A stretch of DNA of 64,000 bases from an uncultured Thermoplasmatales archaeon (lineage in GTDB: Archaea > Thermoplasmatota > E2 > UBA202 > DSCA01). Positions 30,926 through 41,443 of the stretch are shown one piece after another. The notes under the pieces are model-generated. The model was not told the DNA's origin. It was given only the letters and a program-made list of their open reading frames with translations, and did no database searches. The stretch is taken from assembly GCA_964414415.1 (NCBI GenBank), contig CAYPWJ010000001.1, positions 7,007 through 71,006 on the forward strand. The letters run 5' to 3'. The position numbers were made by a program, and so were the translations under genes. Every line of letters begins with the position of its first letter. Within the stretch, counting starts at the first letter, position 1.

Positions 30926-31825
30926 TTATTCTTCGTTGGGAAGCGAGCCGTACATCCGCTTCCACTTTTGGTCCGCCCATCGCTGCAGCTCGTCGAGCAT
31001 GTCCTCCGTGAAATGCCGGAATCGGCCCTGGTCGCCGATATAGTCCTTCACCGGTATCTTCTTCTTGGGCTCGTGGATGTCCGTTATCTCTCCATGCTCG
31101 GCTTCGTACAGCGTCCACATGCCGCTCTGCACCGCCTTGCGGCCTATCTCGACCGTCTGCGAGGGGTCAAGCCGCCAGCCGGTCGGGCAGGGCGTAAAGA
31201 TGTGCAGGTAGCGGAATCCCTCCATGTCCCGTGCTTTTTCCACCTTGCGGAGGAAGTCCTTCTGGTACGAGATGCTCGCCGTGGCCATATATGGAATGTC
31301 GTGGGCGCGCATGATCTCCGGCATGTTTTTCTTGTGGTGCGTCTTCCCCGGGATCTTTTTGCCGGCGGGCGTCGTCGTCGTCGCCGCACCATACGGCGTC
31401 GAGCCGGAGCGCTGGATGCCCGTGTTCATGTATGCCTCGTTGTCGTAGCAGACGTAGATGACGTCCTCGTTTCGCTCCGCGGCACCGGACAGCGCCTGGA
31501 TGCCGATGTCGTAGGTGCCGCCGTCGCCAGCGACACCCAGCACCGTGGTGTGGTCGTTGCCCTTCTTGCGCAGCGCCCGGGACACGCCGGAGATGCAGGC
31601 CCCGGTGTTCTCGAACGCCTCGTGCAGGTAGGGTATCTTCCAGGCTATCTTGGGATAGGTGCCGCCAAAGACCAGCAGACAGTTCGCCGGCGCGTAGATG
31701 ATGGTGTCCTCGCCGAGGACCTTCATCATGTTCCGGACGACGATGGGGGCGCCGCAGCCGGGGCAGGCGGTATGTCCCTCGGTGAAGAGGTTTTCCTCGG
31801 GGAGGTCCTTGATGCCCAGGCTCAT
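30926..31825 (-). CDS. porB: 2-oxoacid:ferredoxin oxidoreductase beta subunit
   Basis: GHTACPGCG, GDGGTYDIG...YDNEAYMNTG.QRS, PCPTGW. Confidence 0.92.
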   Translation of the reverse strand: MSLGIKDLPEENLFTEGHTACPGCGAPIVVRNMMKVLGEDTIIYAPANCLLVFGGTYPKIAWKIPYLHEAFENTGACISGVSRALRKKGNDHTTVLGVAGDGGTYDIGIQALSGAAERNEDVIYVCYDNEAYMNTGIQRSGSTPYGAATTTTPAGKKIPGKTHHKKNMPEIMRAHDIPYMATASISYQKDFLRKVEKARDMEGFRYLHIFTPCPTGWRLDPSQTVEIGRKAVQSGMWTLYEAEHGEITDIHEPKKKIPVKDYIGDQGRFRHFTEDMLDELQRWADQKWKRMYGSLPNEE

Positions 31826-33021
31826 GCTTCCACCCCCCGTGTACCGATCCAGACGACCTCCTTCTCGGGCTGGCCCTCCTTCGCGGCTTTGAGCGTCTTC
31901 TCGAACATCGTCCGCACGTCGTCCTTGACGACGTCTCTGCCGCCGAGACCGGCGAGATAGTTCACGATGGGGACGTCGTAGCCGTACAGCGTATGCCTCG
32001 CCTCGATAAACGCGGGGCCGCCGCTGCCGAAGGATATCGAGCGGTCGTAGACACCGATGGCGTCGACCTCGTCGGCGATCTCCTTGATCTCCTCGGCCGG
32101 GAACGGACGGAAGAACCGGAGCTTGACGAGACCGACTTTTTTGCCTTCCTGACGCATCTCGTCGACCACGTCGCGGGCCGTGCCCGTCACGGTGCCCATG
32201 GTGATGAGCACCACGTCGGCGTCGTCGCAGCGATAACGCTCAACGAGGCCATGGTAGTCCCGTCCGAACTCCTTCGCGAACTCATCGTTGACATCCCGGA
32301 TGACCTGCCTGGCGTTCTGCATGCTCTGCTCGTTCTGCCACCGTATCTCCTGGATGTATTCAGGCGGCGCGAACGAGCCGATGGTCATCGGGTCCTCAGG
32401 GTCGAGTACGGCATCCTGCTCGTAGGGCGTCAGGAAATCCGCGACCTCATCCGTCGAGGGAGCAGAGACCGGCTCCACCGTATGCGACAGGATGAACGCG
32501 TCCAGCGAGGGCATCACCGGGAGCAGCACGTCGCTATGCTCGGCGATCTTGTACGACTGGATGACCATGTCGAGCACCTCCTGGTTGTTCTCACAGTAGA
32601 CCTGCAGCCAGCCGGTGTCGCGCTGCGGCATCGTGTCGTTGTACTCACACCAGATGCCGATGGGCGAAGCAACCGTCCGGTTGACGACAGGCATCACGAT
32701 GGGCATGTGCAGCGCTGCCGCGACGAACAGCATCTCGTGCATCAACGCGAGACCCTGCGACGCCGTCGCGGTGAACGTCCGGGCGCCGGATGCCTCCGCG
32801 GCGATGCAGGCAGACATCGCGGAATGCTCCGACTCCACCTTGACGAACTCCGTCTCCGTCAGCCCGTCGTTGACGAACTCGGAGAAATCCTCGACGATAA
32901 ACGTCTGCGGCGTAATCGGGTAGGCAGCCACGACGTCCACGTCGCAGATAAGCGCTCCATATGCGGCGCTGTAGTCCCCGGTCACGACCATGTTCTCTTT
33001 TCTCTCTATCTGCTGTACCAT
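31822..33021 (-). CDS. porA: 2-oxoacid:ferredoxin oxidoreductase alpha subunit
   Basis: AYPITPQT, VESEHSA, TATASQGLALMHE, RFFRPFP, GLGGRD. Confidence 0.92.
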   Translation of the reverse strand: MVQQIERKENMVVTGDYSAAYGALICDVDVVAAYPITPQTFIVEDFSEFVNDGLTETEFVKVESEHSAMSACIAAEASGARTFTATASQGLALMHEMLFVAAALHMPIVMPVVNRTVASPIGIWCEYNDTMPQRDTGWLQVYCENNQEVLDMVIQSYKIAEHSDVLLPVMPSLDAFILSHTVEPVSAPSTDEVADFLTPYEQDAVLDPEDPMTIGSFAPPEYIQEIRWQNEQSMQNARQVIRDVNDEFAKEFGRDYHGLVERYRCDDADVVLITMGTVTGTARDVVDEMRQEGKKVGLVKLRFFRPFPAEEIKEIADEVDAIGVYDRSISFGSGGPAFIEARHTLYGYDVPIVNYLAGLGGRDVVKDDVRTMFEKTLKAAKEGQPEKEVVWIGTRGVEA

Positions 33022-33024
33022 TTT

Positions 33025-33924
33025 TTACACCTCCTTGACCTCTCGGCTCATCTCTATGGCATCCACGGGGCATTCCTCCGCGCAGATGCCGCATCCTTTG
33101 CAGTAGTCGAAGTCGATGACTGCCGTACCGTCCTTCATGGAGATACATCCCTCAGGGCAGTAAAACCAGCACTGCCGGCAGCCAATGCAGCTACCCTCGT
33201 CGATGCTGGGGATAAACGTCCGCCAGTCACCGGTCTTGTTCTTGACGAACGATCCAGGGCCAACCAGGCCGGCCTCTGTCTCCATTGTCCCGATGGAGCC
33301 GCTGAGCGGCAGCTCCTGCGCAGTCGGCATCCATTCCTCCTGCGCCACGAATTCCTTGCTGCCCTGGCAGACGCCGACCTGCAGCGCCTCGTAGGCCTGG
33401 CGGGCTGCCTCGGCGTTCTTCCGGCCGATTTTTTCACCCAGCTTCGAGCCGAACTTCTCCATGATCGCTTCCTCGACGCTGTCGATGGAGACCTCGCCGG
33501 TGGCCTTGGCAAGCGCGCCGAGCATCGACGTGTTGGTGATGGCCCGCCCGAGGGTGTCCAGCGCAATCGACGTCGCGTCGACCGTCGCGCAGTTGACCTC
33601 CCGGGACAGCTCCACCTCGCCGGGCGCCTTGTCGCTGTTGATGACCACCATGCCGTCGTCCTTCAGACCCTTGAGGACGTCGACGGTCTCCAGCAGCGAT
33701 TCGTCGAGCACGACCACATAGTCGGGCTCATAGATCTGCGTCTTTATCCGTATCTGGTCCGAGTCCACACGGGTGAAGGCCATAACCGGCGCGCCTCGCC
33801 GCTCCGCACCGAAAAACGGGAAGGACACTGCGTAGTTGCCCTCCCGCACGGCGGCGATCGCGTAGGTCTGAGCGGCCATCTGGCCACCCTGGCCTCCTCT
33901 GCCGTGAAAACGTATTTCATACAT
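33025..33924 (-). CDS. porC: 2-oxoacid:ferredoxin oxidoreductase gamma-delta fusion
   Basis: [21 protein letters not shown]; C-terminal [17 protein letters not shown] and [12 protein letters not shown]. Confidence 0.9.
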   Translation of the reverse strand: MYEIRFHGRGGQGGQMAAQTYAIAAVREGNYAVSFPFFGAERRGAPVMAFTRVDSDQIRIKTQIYEPDYVVVLDESLLETVDVLKGLKDDGMVVINSDKAPGEVELSREVNCATVDATSIALDTLGRAITNTSMLGALAKATGEVSIDSVEEAIMEKFGSKLGEKIGRKNAEAARQAYEALQVGVCQGSKEFVAQEEWMPTAQELPLSGSIGTMETEAGLVGPGSFVKNKTGDWRTFIPSIDEGSCIGCRQCWFYCPEGCISMKDGTAVIDFDYCKGCGICAEECPVDAIEMSREVKEV

Positions 33925-34155
33925 GATTATCAAGCCGGTAATAGCGCCAATCAATATTAATGTTGTGGCCATCAACGGGACAGCCACCGCCATATCGCTG
34001 CTGACTGCCGACGCCTGCTCCACAGACACTACGATGCCTCGCTTTTTTGTAAAAAAATACGGATAATAGATAACAATTTATCGCCACCGCTGCCATCCGG
34101 GCCGCGGTGGCTCGCCCTGTACATCTCGAAAATGCTTTAACGCCACCGCGTTTAC

Positions 34156-34821
34156 ATGTCCATGGACGTGGTTGTCTCCCTTGGCGGCTCGCTCATTACG
34201 ACCGACGACGTATCCTCGCTGCAGCAGCTCGGCGACCTGCTGGCCAGAGCTGCCGGCGACCTCGAGCTCTCCGTCGTCACCGGCGGCGGCGCCACGGCAC
34301 GGCGCTACATCACGGCGGGGCGAGCCCTCGGCGCCCCAGAGGCAACGCTCGACGACCTCGGCATCGCGGCGACGCGGCTCAACGCCATACTCATCGCAGC
34401 CGCCATGGACATAAGGAGCGACATCCCGTGCTCCGTCGAAGCGGCAGCCGCCATGTCCCCGCCGGTAGTCATGGGCGGCACGGAACCCGGTCATTCAACC
34501 GACGCCGTCGGCGCCCGGCTGGCCCGCCAGGTCGATGCAGCCCGCTTCATCGTCGCCACCAACGTCGACGGCGTCTACAGCGAGGATCCAAAGCGCAATC
34601 CAGATGCAGCGCGCTACGACTCCGTCTCCATCGCCGAGCTGCGGCGCATGACGCCGGATGGATGGAGCGAGGCGGGCACCAGCGCGCCCATCGACGGCGT
34701 CGCCTGCCGCGTCATCGAGGAGGCATCGATCGATACAGCGGTTGTCAACGGCACCAATCTGTCGGCGTTGGAAAACGCTATATATGGCCGCTCGTTTTAT
34801 GGCACACGGATAGAGGTGTAG
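34156..34821 (+). CDS. pyrH: Uridylate kinase
   Basis: SLGGS, VTGGG..AR.YI, MGGTEPGHSTD, TNVDGVY..DPK. Confidence 0.92.
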   Translation: MSMDVVVSLGGSLITTDDVSSLQQLGDLLARAAGDLELSVVTGGGATARRYITAGRALGAPEATLDDLGIAATRLNAILIAAAMDIRSDIPCSVEAAAAMSPPVVMGGTEPGHSTDAVGARLARQVDAARFIVATNVDGVYSEDPKRNPDAARYDSVSIAELRRMTPDGWSEAGTSAPIDGVACRVIEEASIDTAVVNGTNLSALENAIYGRSFYGTRIEV

Positions 34822-34822
34822 C

Positions 34823-35014
34823 ATGGAACGGATACCGCAGCACGACCACTGCCAGATGTGCGGCAAAGCAATCCCCACCGGAGAGGTCGTCTGCTCCGAC
34901 GAATGCCGCGAGGAATACGAGTCCTACATGAAAAAACGAAAGATCTACATGTACGCGATGTACGGGGCGCTCGCCATCCTTGTGGTGCTGTTCATCCTGT
35001 TCCTGATGGGCTGA
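34823..35014 (+). CDS. DUF2116-like Zn-ribbon membrane protein
   Basis: H.HCQMCGKAIP...CSDEC followed by a C-terminal TM; typical pyrH neighbour. Confidence 0.8.
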   Translation: MERIPQHDHCQMCGKAIPTGEVVCSDECREEYESYMKKRKIYMYAMYGALAILVVLFILFLMG

Positions 35015-36020
35015 TACGGACCTCGATCCAGCCGTCACCTGTCTCTTTTTCCCACTCGATGTCCATAAATTGCTTGAGGAGCCAGAGCTCCGTCTTTGCG
35101 TGCCCGGTCAGCTCACGGCAGCGGAAACGCGTTTCCCCGTCGGCTAGCGCCATGTAGGGGATGAGCTGGTCGACCGCGTGGACGTCGAGGTCCGCTCCGG
35201 CGTCGATCTCCTGGAGCAGCTGCTCTGCCGCCCGTCGGCCGACGGCCTCGGCCGGTGTTCCCTTCTCGCCGAGCACGTCGGCACCCAGCCGCCGCGGCTC
35301 GGTCGTCCAGAGCACGATGCCGACGCCCGGCGATGCAGCCTCGCATTCATCGATGTCGATATCCGCGTCCATGCCCCGCTCGATAAACGGCTTGCGCGCG
35401 GCTTTGCGGATGCGGCGGGCGATGTGTCCCGGCAATCCCGCGATGTTGACGCTGCCCTGGATGCGCCAGCCGTCGCCGCCGGGGAACGACAGCGCCCGGA
35501 GCTGCTTCGCCGGCGTTACCTGGAGCGCCGCTGCGCCGCCGCCCTTCGGGTAGTAGCCACGCCGCTGCAGCCTCGCTGATGCTTCGACATCCATCCGGCG
35601 GAGCAACGGCAGGAACACCTCGGCAAGGTAGTCCCACGGCGGCGACCATCGGACGTCGGTGCCGCCCTTGAGCGTGACCGATGCAGCCTCGCTGGCGTGA
35701 AGCGCCGGGGGCAGACAGGCCTGCATCGCAAGGGTGACGCTCCCCGCGGTGCCGATGTCAACCCGGTGGCTGCCGCCTGCCAGCTCGCCGGGCCGGAAGG
35801 TTATCTCCGTCGCGTGCTCTTCCATGCCGTCGACGGTGCCGCGGCAGAGTCGTCGCACAGCCTCTATGGCTGCAAGGTGCTGCGGCCGCAGCCCCGGGTT
35901 CGAGCGACCGGCTCTGATGTTGGAGACGTGGACCGGGGTGCCGGTCACGGCGGACAGGGCCACCGTCATGCGGAGCACCTGGCCGCCGCCCTCGCCGTGG
36001 GAGCCGTCTATGTCAATCAT
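34992..36020 (-). CDS. rtcA: RNA 3'-terminal phosphate cyclase
   Basis: DGSHGEGGGQVLR, PGLRPQHL, GGTDV, RRGYYPKGGG, DQL, TGH..T. Confidence 0.95.
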   Translation of the reverse strand: MIDIDGSHGEGGGQVLRMTVALSAVTGTPVHVSNIRAGRSNPGLRPQHLAAIEAVRRLCRGTVDGMEEHATEITFRPGELAGGSHRVDIGTAGSVTLAMQACLPPALHASEAASVTLKGGTDVRWSPPWDYLAEVFLPLLRRMDVEASARLQRRGYYPKGGGAAALQVTPAKQLRALSFPGGDGWRIQGSVNIAGLPGHIARRIRKAARKPFIERGMDADIDIDECEAASPGVGIVLWTTEPRRLGADVLGEKGTPAEAVGRRAAEQLLQEIDAGADLDVHAVDQLIPYMALADGETRFRCRELTGHAKTELWLLKQFMDIEWEKETGDGWIEVRISPSGTG

Positions 36021-36489
36021 GGCTGACCCGGTCGAGCAGCATCTGCAGCCCCAGTTTGCAGGTCGCTTCCTTGTTTTCCCGCCGTGTGCCGTCGAACACG
36101 TGCCGTGTCACTGTTACGCCGTCGCGGTCGGCCAGGCCGATATAGACGAGGCCGACGGGCTTCTCCGGGGTGCCGCCGCCCGGCCCGGCGATTCCCGTCG
36201 TTGCGATGCCGATGTCCACGCCGGTGGCAGCGCGGATACCCTGGGCCATCTCCCGGGCCGTCTGCTCCGACACGGCGCCATGTCGCTCCAGCGTCTCCGC
36301 AGCTACGGTGAGAAAGCGTTGCTTCAGGGCGTTGCTGTAGGAGATGACGCCGCCCTCGTAATAGCTGGAGCTGCCCGGAACGCTCGTCAGGGTGTCACCG
36401 ATGAGCCCGCCGGTGCACGACTCCGCGGTGGCCACCTGCAGGTCTTTTTCGGTTAACGTCTCGGCCACCCGCTGCATGAGCTCTTCCAT
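36013..36489 (-). CDS. CinA C-terminal domain / NMN deamidase (PncC-like)
   Basis: TAESCTGG, PGSS, HGAVSE..A..MA, TGIAGPGGG..KPVG. Confidence 0.9.
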   Translation of the reverse strand: MEELMQRVAETLTEKDLQVATAESCTGGLIGDTLTSVPGSSSYYEGGVISYSNALKQRFLTVAAETLERHGAVSEQTAREMAQGIRAATGVDIGIATTGIAGPGGGTPEKPVGLVYIGLADRDGVTVTRHVFDGTRRENKEATCKLGLQMLLDRVSHD

Positions 36490-36571
36490 GAGTGATAAAG
36501 GCCGCTGGCGTTTAAAAGATTGCCATGCGATAAAAATAAATACCCGGCGGCAAATATCACAGCGAGACACG

Positions 36572-36796
36572 ATGAAAGAAAAAGTCGAGGAAGTCATCGA
36601 GGATATCCGCCCCGCACTGCAGGCTGACGGCGGCGACGTCGAACTCGTCGAGGTCGACGAGGAGGAGGGCGTGGTCAAGGTCCGCCTGACAGGGGCATGC
36701 CGGGGCTGCCCGATGTCGCAGATGACGCTGCAGATGGGCATCGAAAAGGAACTCAAGAAACAGGTGCCGGACGTCAGCAAGGTTGTCGCCGTCTAG
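36572..36796 (+). CDS. NifU C-terminal (Nfu) Fe-S carrier
   Basis: IRPALQADGGDVEL...GACRGCP.S.MTL. Confidence 0.9.
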   Translation: MKEKVEEVIEDIRPALQADGGDVELVEVDEEEGVVKVRLTGACRGCPMSQMTLQMGIEKELKKQVPDVSKVVAV

Positions 36797-38100
36797 TATT
36801 TTACCACGATCTGGATGTCCATCACGTTGGTCCCCGTGGGACCGGTCACGACGGCATCCCCCAGGCTTTTAAAAAACGGGTAGGAGTCATTGTCACGGAG
36901 CGCCGCCTCCGGGTCCAGACCGCGCTGCCGGGCACGCCGCATCGTGTCGCCGTCGGCGATGGCACCGGCGGCGGGGCTGCATCCGTCGACGCCGTCGGTG
37001 CCGCATGAAAGAACCACGATGTCTTCTCCCTCGATCTCCTGCAGTGCCCCGAGGACGAGTTCCTGGTTTCTCCCGCCCCTGCCGTCGCCGGTGACCGTCA
37101 CCGTCGTCTCGCCACCGAAGATGGCAACGCCGCGGTCGCGCGGCAGCAGCTTCGCGTACCGGCCGATGTCCCGGCCGACCTCCCGTGCTTCTCCGGACAG
37201 GGTCGTGCTGGCGACGGCGGCATGGTAGCCTTTCGCTGCGGCTGCCTCGCGGGCGTGGTGGCAGGCCCGCTCGTTGTTGGCCACGAGGACATGTTCAACC
37301 CGGTCGAGCCGGACGGGGGTCTCCTCCACGTCGCCGCTGCATCCCGCCTGGATGTGCCGTCTGACCTCGCCGTCCGTCCAGCGGTCATATCCGGTGAGCA
37401 CCTTCCGTGCATCGTCATACGTGGTGGGGTCGGGAGCCGTGGGGCCGCTCGCGATGAACGCGAGCGGGTCGCCGATGACGTCGGAGACGACGAGCGACAG
37501 GATGCGGCCGCTGCACCGCGCTGCAAGCCGGCCGCCCTTCACCGTGGAGAGATGCTTGCGGACGGTGTTGAGCTCCTGGATGGTGCACCCTGCATGCATG
37601 AGCTCCCTGGTTGCGGTCTGCATCGCCTCCAGCGACACGGCCGGCTGACAGAGCAGGGCGGAGCCGCCGCCGGATATGAGCACGAGCATCAGATCGCGTT
37701 CCCCGGCGCGGTCGACGACGTCGAGCAGCTCCCGCGTAGCATCGACGTTGCGCTGGCTGGGCAGCGGATGGTCGCCCTCCTTTACCCGTATGCAGTCGAG
37801 CTCGCTCTGCGCTGTCGATATCACGAGACCGTCCATGACGGGCAGAACCGCTTCGACGGCGCGGGCCATCGCTATGCTGGCTTTGCCGAAGCCGGCGACG
37901 TAGACATCGTCCACCCTGTTCAGGTCGACGGTGACGTCGCCCGCTGACAGCACGCCGCCGGTGAGCGACAGCGCCTTCCGGGTCGCCTCCTGAGCGTCGA
38001 CGCTTGCGAGAGCTGCCTCGAGCATGTCCAGTGCGTCGCTTCGAGCCGAGCGAGCCGGCTCCGGTGCGTCGAGCACTGCCTCGCGGTTGATGACCTGCAT
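36793..38100 (-). CDS. Glycerate 2-kinase (MOFRL family)
   Basis: GFGKAS, HPLP, ISGGGSAL, VKGG.LA, SDVIGD...IASGP, GGETTV, GGRNQE, TDGVDG, TGTNVMD. Confidence 0.92.
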   Translation of the reverse strand: MQVINREAVLDAPEPARSARSDALDMLEAALASVDAQEATRKALSLTGGVLSAGDVTVDLNRVDDVYVAGFGKASIAMARAVEAVLPVMDGLVISTAQSELDCIRVKEGDHPLPSQRNVDATRELLDVVDRAGERDLMLVLISGGGSALLCQPAVSLEAMQTATRELMHAGCTIQELNTVRKHLSTVKGGRLAARCSGRILSLVVSDVIGDPLAFIASGPTAPDPTTYDDARKVLTGYDRWTDGEVRRHIQAGCSGDVEETPVRLDRVEHVLVANNERACHHAREAAAAKGYHAAVASTTLSGEAREVGRDIGRYAKLLPRDRGVAIFGGETTVTVTGDGRGGRNQELVLGALQEIEGEDIVVLSCGTDGVDGCSPAAGAIADGDTMRRARQRGLDPEAALRDNDSYPFFKSLGDAVVTGPTGTNVMDIQIVVKY

Positions 38101-38160
38101 GGTATCACATAGCACAAATCGGTATTTAAACGATGTCGGACGTCCGGGGGAGAGGGGGTC

Positions 38161-39048
38161 TCAGGGAGCCCGCATGTCGACGGTTGTTATGGTGTAGGTG
38201 ATTTCGACGTCCTTGTCGTCCTGGAAGCCACTGTTCCCGTCGTCGCTGCCGTCTGACGTGCCGGTCTGGGTGCGGCCGACGTCGCCGGTGCCCAGATGGT
38301 ATTCCACGACCAATCCGTAGCCCTGGTCGTCCCTGCCGCTGTCTCTGCCGTCAACGTCGAGTAGTTCCTCCCGTCCGGTCGGGTCTTCGTCGTAGACCTC
38401 AAGGCGGATAACGTGAGAGCGGTCGTCCGATACATTGGTGGTCATGCTCCAGTTGACCGTGTAGGGTTTATCGATCTGCAGTTCCTGTGCCTCTGCTGGC
38501 AGGTGATCCGTAACGATGACACCGTCCACATATATTTTACAAAAAATCTGTGCCGTTGACTGCTGGAACGGCCAAAATCCATCGACCACGTCTTTCACCC
38601 GTATGCGGTCGATACTCACCCGGATGCCTGCATCTTTCAGCGGTATGAGGTCAATCCCGTCGTTGACGCCGTCGCCGTCGGTGTCAGCGTTCTGCGGATC
38701 CGTCCCCAGCTGATATTCCTCGTAGTTATATAGCCCGTCGCCGTCGGGATCTGCATCGCGGTCGCCCGGGTCATTCGGGTCAAGTCCGTTGGCTTCCTCC
38801 CAGTCGTCAGGCATGCCGTCGCCGTCGCTGTCCGGGCCGCCGTTGCCGCCGGATTCACGCTCGTAAAGGATGGGGGCAACGATGATGGCAGCGAGGACGA
38901 GCAGCGCCACAACGAAAATAGAGATAAGAACCTTGGCAGAGGCCATCCTCTCCTTTATTGACGGTCCATCAAGCGGGGCGCCGCAGGCCTTGCATCGCTC
39001 GGCATCATCAGGATTTTCCTCCCCGCAGATATTACAGATAGTGGCCAT
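38161..39048 (-). CDS. Zn-ribbon, single TM, Asp-rich (DxDGDG) repeats and C2-like extracellular domain
   Basis: CNICG..N...A..CKACG; TM; [11 protein letters not shown]...GLDP, DPDGDGL.N.EEY..GTDP...DTDGDG. Confidence 0.75.
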   Translation of the reverse strand: MATICNICGEENPDDAERCKACGAPLDGPSIKERMASAKVLISIFVVALLVLAAIIVAPILYERESGGNGGPDSDGDGMPDDWEEANGLDPNDPGDRDADPDGDGLYNYEEYQLGTDPQNADTDGDGVNDGIDLIPLKDAGIRVSIDRIRVKDVVDGFWPFQQSTAQIFCKIYVDGVIVTDHLPAEAQELQIDKPYTVNWSMTTNVSDDRSHVIRLEVYDEDPTGREELLDVDGRDSGRDDQGYGLVVEYHLGTGDVGRTQTGTSDGSDDGNSGFQDDKDVEITYTITTVDMRAP

Positions 39049-39094
39049 TTCCTCACTTCCTACAATAAGCATGGCCTTAAAAATGTATCCGTGG

Positions 39095-39508
39095 CTATGG
39101 CTTCGCCAGGATATCTGCAACGATGGCCCTGAAGTCCGACGGCAGTGTCGTCCGCTCGATGACCTCCTCGGCGCCGGCCTTCTCGAGCTCTTTGGCCCAC
39201 CGGGTGGCGAACCATGCTGTGTAGCCGTAGATGCGTGCCTCGGGATCGATGTCCAGGATGCGGCGCGTGGCCTCAACGCCGTCGATCTCTCCGTCGCTCC
39301 ACTGTGTCAGGTTGAGATCCATGATGACGAGATCGGGCGTCAATCCCTTGTCCATGAGGGTACGGTACCTGTCGACGCCGTCCTCGCCGGTGAGTGCCCC
39401 GTGCACCCTGATGGGCATGTCGAGCAGCGACAGGTTTCGCCTGATGAGATCCTGCATGGTCTCTTCGTCGTCTATAACCAGCACGATATATGGTGTATCC
39501 ATCATCAT
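39095..39508 (-). CDS. Stand-alone response regulator receiver
   Basis: [25 protein letters not shown]. Confidence 0.82.
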   Translation of the reverse strand: MMMDTPYIVLVIDDEETMQDLIRRNLSLLDMPIRVHGALTGEDGVDRYRTLMDKGLTPDLVIMDLNLTQWSDGEIDGVEATRRILDIDPEARIYGYTAWFATRWAKELEKAGAEEVIERTTLPSDFRAIVADILAKP

Positions 39509-39559
39509 CCCTACATCGGATGTCCCTTTAAATAGTTATATCCTTCTGCAGCCATGTTT

Positions 39560-39620
39560 CAGCATAAAAAGAGAGAAAAAACCCTTCCGGGTGACGCAGG
39601 GGGAAAGAGAAGAAACGGAC
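39560..39620 (-). terminator. Probable U-rich terminator after rpl12
   Basis: Minus strand reads ccct...aggg followed by ttttttctctcttttt. Confidence 0.45.
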
Positions 39621-39938
39621 TCAGCCGAACAGTGCGCCAAGTCCTTCTTCGACTTCTTCTTCACTGACTTCTTCTTCCTCTTCTTCCGTTTCTGCCGCCT
39701 CTTCTTCCTCGGCGCCGCCTTCCTCGGCTGGTGCCGCGGCCGGTGCAGCTGCAGCCGGTGCCGCAGCGGCGCTCTCGATGACCTCTTCGATGTCGACGCC
39801 GTCGAGCGAAGCAGTCAACGCCTTGACGCGCGCGTCTTCGATGTCGACGCCCGCTGCTTCCAGGACCTTGCTCAGGTTTTCTTCGTTGACCTCTTTTCCG
39901 GCAGAATGGAGAAGCATTGCTCCATATACATATTCCAT
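39621..39938 (-). CDS. rpl12: 50S ribosomal stalk protein P1 (L12p)
   Basis: [11 protein letters not shown], Ala/Glu hinge, GLGALFG terminus. Confidence 0.96.
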   Translation of the reverse strand: MEYVYGAMLLHSAGKEVNEENLSKVLEAAGVDIEDARVKALTASLDGVDIEEVIESAAAAPAAAAPAAAPAEEGGAEEEEAAETEEEEEEVSEEEVEEGLGALFG

Positions 39939-39959
39939 TTTTATATCACCTTTTTTTCC

Positions 39960-40799
39960 TCATTCGGGTTCCGTTTTTAACTCTTTTGCCAGTGTTGCCG
40001 CCTGTGTCTGTGCACGGCCGATGAACTGTGGGATGATGTCCTTCGTATAGGTCTCCGTTTCCAGTGCCACGGCAACCGCGTTGCGATACGCCCTGTGCAA
40101 GAGCTGCGGGAGCACCTCCGCGGCTGGATAAGCGATACCGCGTGTCAGGGCAAGCGCGCTCCCGGCTGCTCTCTTGAAATTGTCGATGACTTCTTGCTCG
40201 TCGATGCTCAGTATGTCTGGCGTAAACACGGAGCCGTCCTCGAAGACGGCGCGTGCGTCGAGACCGACCTCCATCGGGTGGATTTCGAGCTTGGCAAGCA
40301 TCTTCGCCACGTGGGGCTCGATGCTCTCGCCTTCCTCCACCACCGTGACTGTCTTCTCGATGACGATGGCACCCTCGCGGATAGCTGCCGGGATGCCGAT
40401 CTGTTGCAGGTCGCTTACAATGGGGCCCGGCTTGAATGGCGTTTTTCCCTTCTCCACCACGATGTCGCAGGGGGCCGTTTCTCCTCCCTTGGCCGGGGCG
40501 TCCATCTTGGCTGCCTCCAGCCGCCTGTAGAGCTTGAAGGGATTCATGTCGGTGGCGATGATGGCGCTCTGTCCCGCTACGTAGTCGGTCAGCGCCGCTT
40601 CGCCGTTTTTGTCTGCAAGAGCGATTTTGATAAGGGTGTTCTTCGAGACTCTGACGACGGCATCGCCGCGAAGCTCCCGGCGCATCTCGTGCATCTGCGA
40701 CGCGGGGATCCCGTGGATGTTCACGATGCCGATCACGGGGTAGCTGTCGATGATGTCTTTGAGTTCGTCGACCTCTTCAATCTTCCATTGTGCCGGCAT
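39960..40799 (-). CDS. rpl10: 50S ribosomal protein uL10 (P0)
   Basis: QWK...V.KNTL, MNPFKL, APAK.G..AP, TPFKPGP. Confidence 0.94.
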   Translation of the reverse strand: MPAQWKIEEVDELKDIIDSYPVIGIVNIHGIPASQMHEMRRELRGDAVVRVSKNTLIKIALADKNGEAALTDYVAGQSAIIATDMNPFKLYRRLEAAKMDAPAKGGETAPCDIVVEKGKTPFKPGPIVSDLQQIGIPAAIREGAIVIEKTVTVVEEGESIEPHVAKMLAKLEIHPMEVGLDARAVFEDGSVFTPDILSIDEQEVIDNFKRAAGSALALTRGIAYPAAEVLPQLLHRAYRNAVAVALETETYTKDIIPQFIGRAQTQAATLAKELKTEPE

Positions 40800-41443
40800 C
40801 AGACCACCTCGACGGGTTTCCCCATGGTTGTCTTCACGTAGATGGCGTCGATGTTGTTGCGTCCGCGCTCCAGTTTTTCCTCAAGGATCTTGAGGATGGC
40901 GCTGACGTTGTCGGCGATGTCTTCCGGGTCCATTGTCTCCATGCCGACCTGGCAGTGGAACGTGGTGGCGCTCTTGGATCGCACGCGAGCGGTGTGCCGA
41001 AGCCGCTCGACCTTCTCGGCGATGTCGGCGGTCGGTGGTACCGGACTCGGCATCTTGCCGCGGGGCCCCAGGAATCGACCGAGGTGTTTACCGATGGTTG
41101 GCATGAGCGGAGCTGCGGCGAGGAAGAAGTCGTAGTCCTCCGCTATTTTTTTTGCCTCCGCCGCGTCGTCGGCGAGTTCTTCTATCTCGTCGGGGTTGAA
41201 GACGGCGTCGGCGACCTCTTTCGCCTTGAGGGCCATTTCACCGCTGCCGAACACGCCCACCTTTGCGTCTTCGCCTCGTCCCGCCGGCAGGTGGATTTCT
41301 TCGTCAATCCGGTTGGACGGCTCGTTCATGTCGATGTCTTTGAGATTGATAGCGAGGTCGACAGTCTGGGTGAAGTTCCGGTCCGTGTTGTGGTCTTCAT
41401 CCAGTGCTTTTTGTACTGCGGTAACGATTTCTGTAGCTGCCAT
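40799..41443 (-). CDS. rpl1: 50S ribosomal protein uL1
   Basis: RNFTQTVDLAINL, LGRFLGPRGKMP, VKTTMG; start may instead be 41461. Confidence 0.95.
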   Translation of the reverse strand: MAATEIVTAVQKALDEDHNTDRNFTQTVDLAINLKDIDMNEPSNRIDEEIHLPAGRGEDAKVGVFGSGEMALKAKEVADAVFNPDEIEELADDAAEAKKIAEDYDFFLAAAPLMPTIGKHLGRFLGPRGKMPSPVPPTADIAEKVERLRHTARVRSKSATTFHCQVGMETMDPEDIADNVSAILKILEEKLERGRNNIDAIYVKTTMGKPVEVV

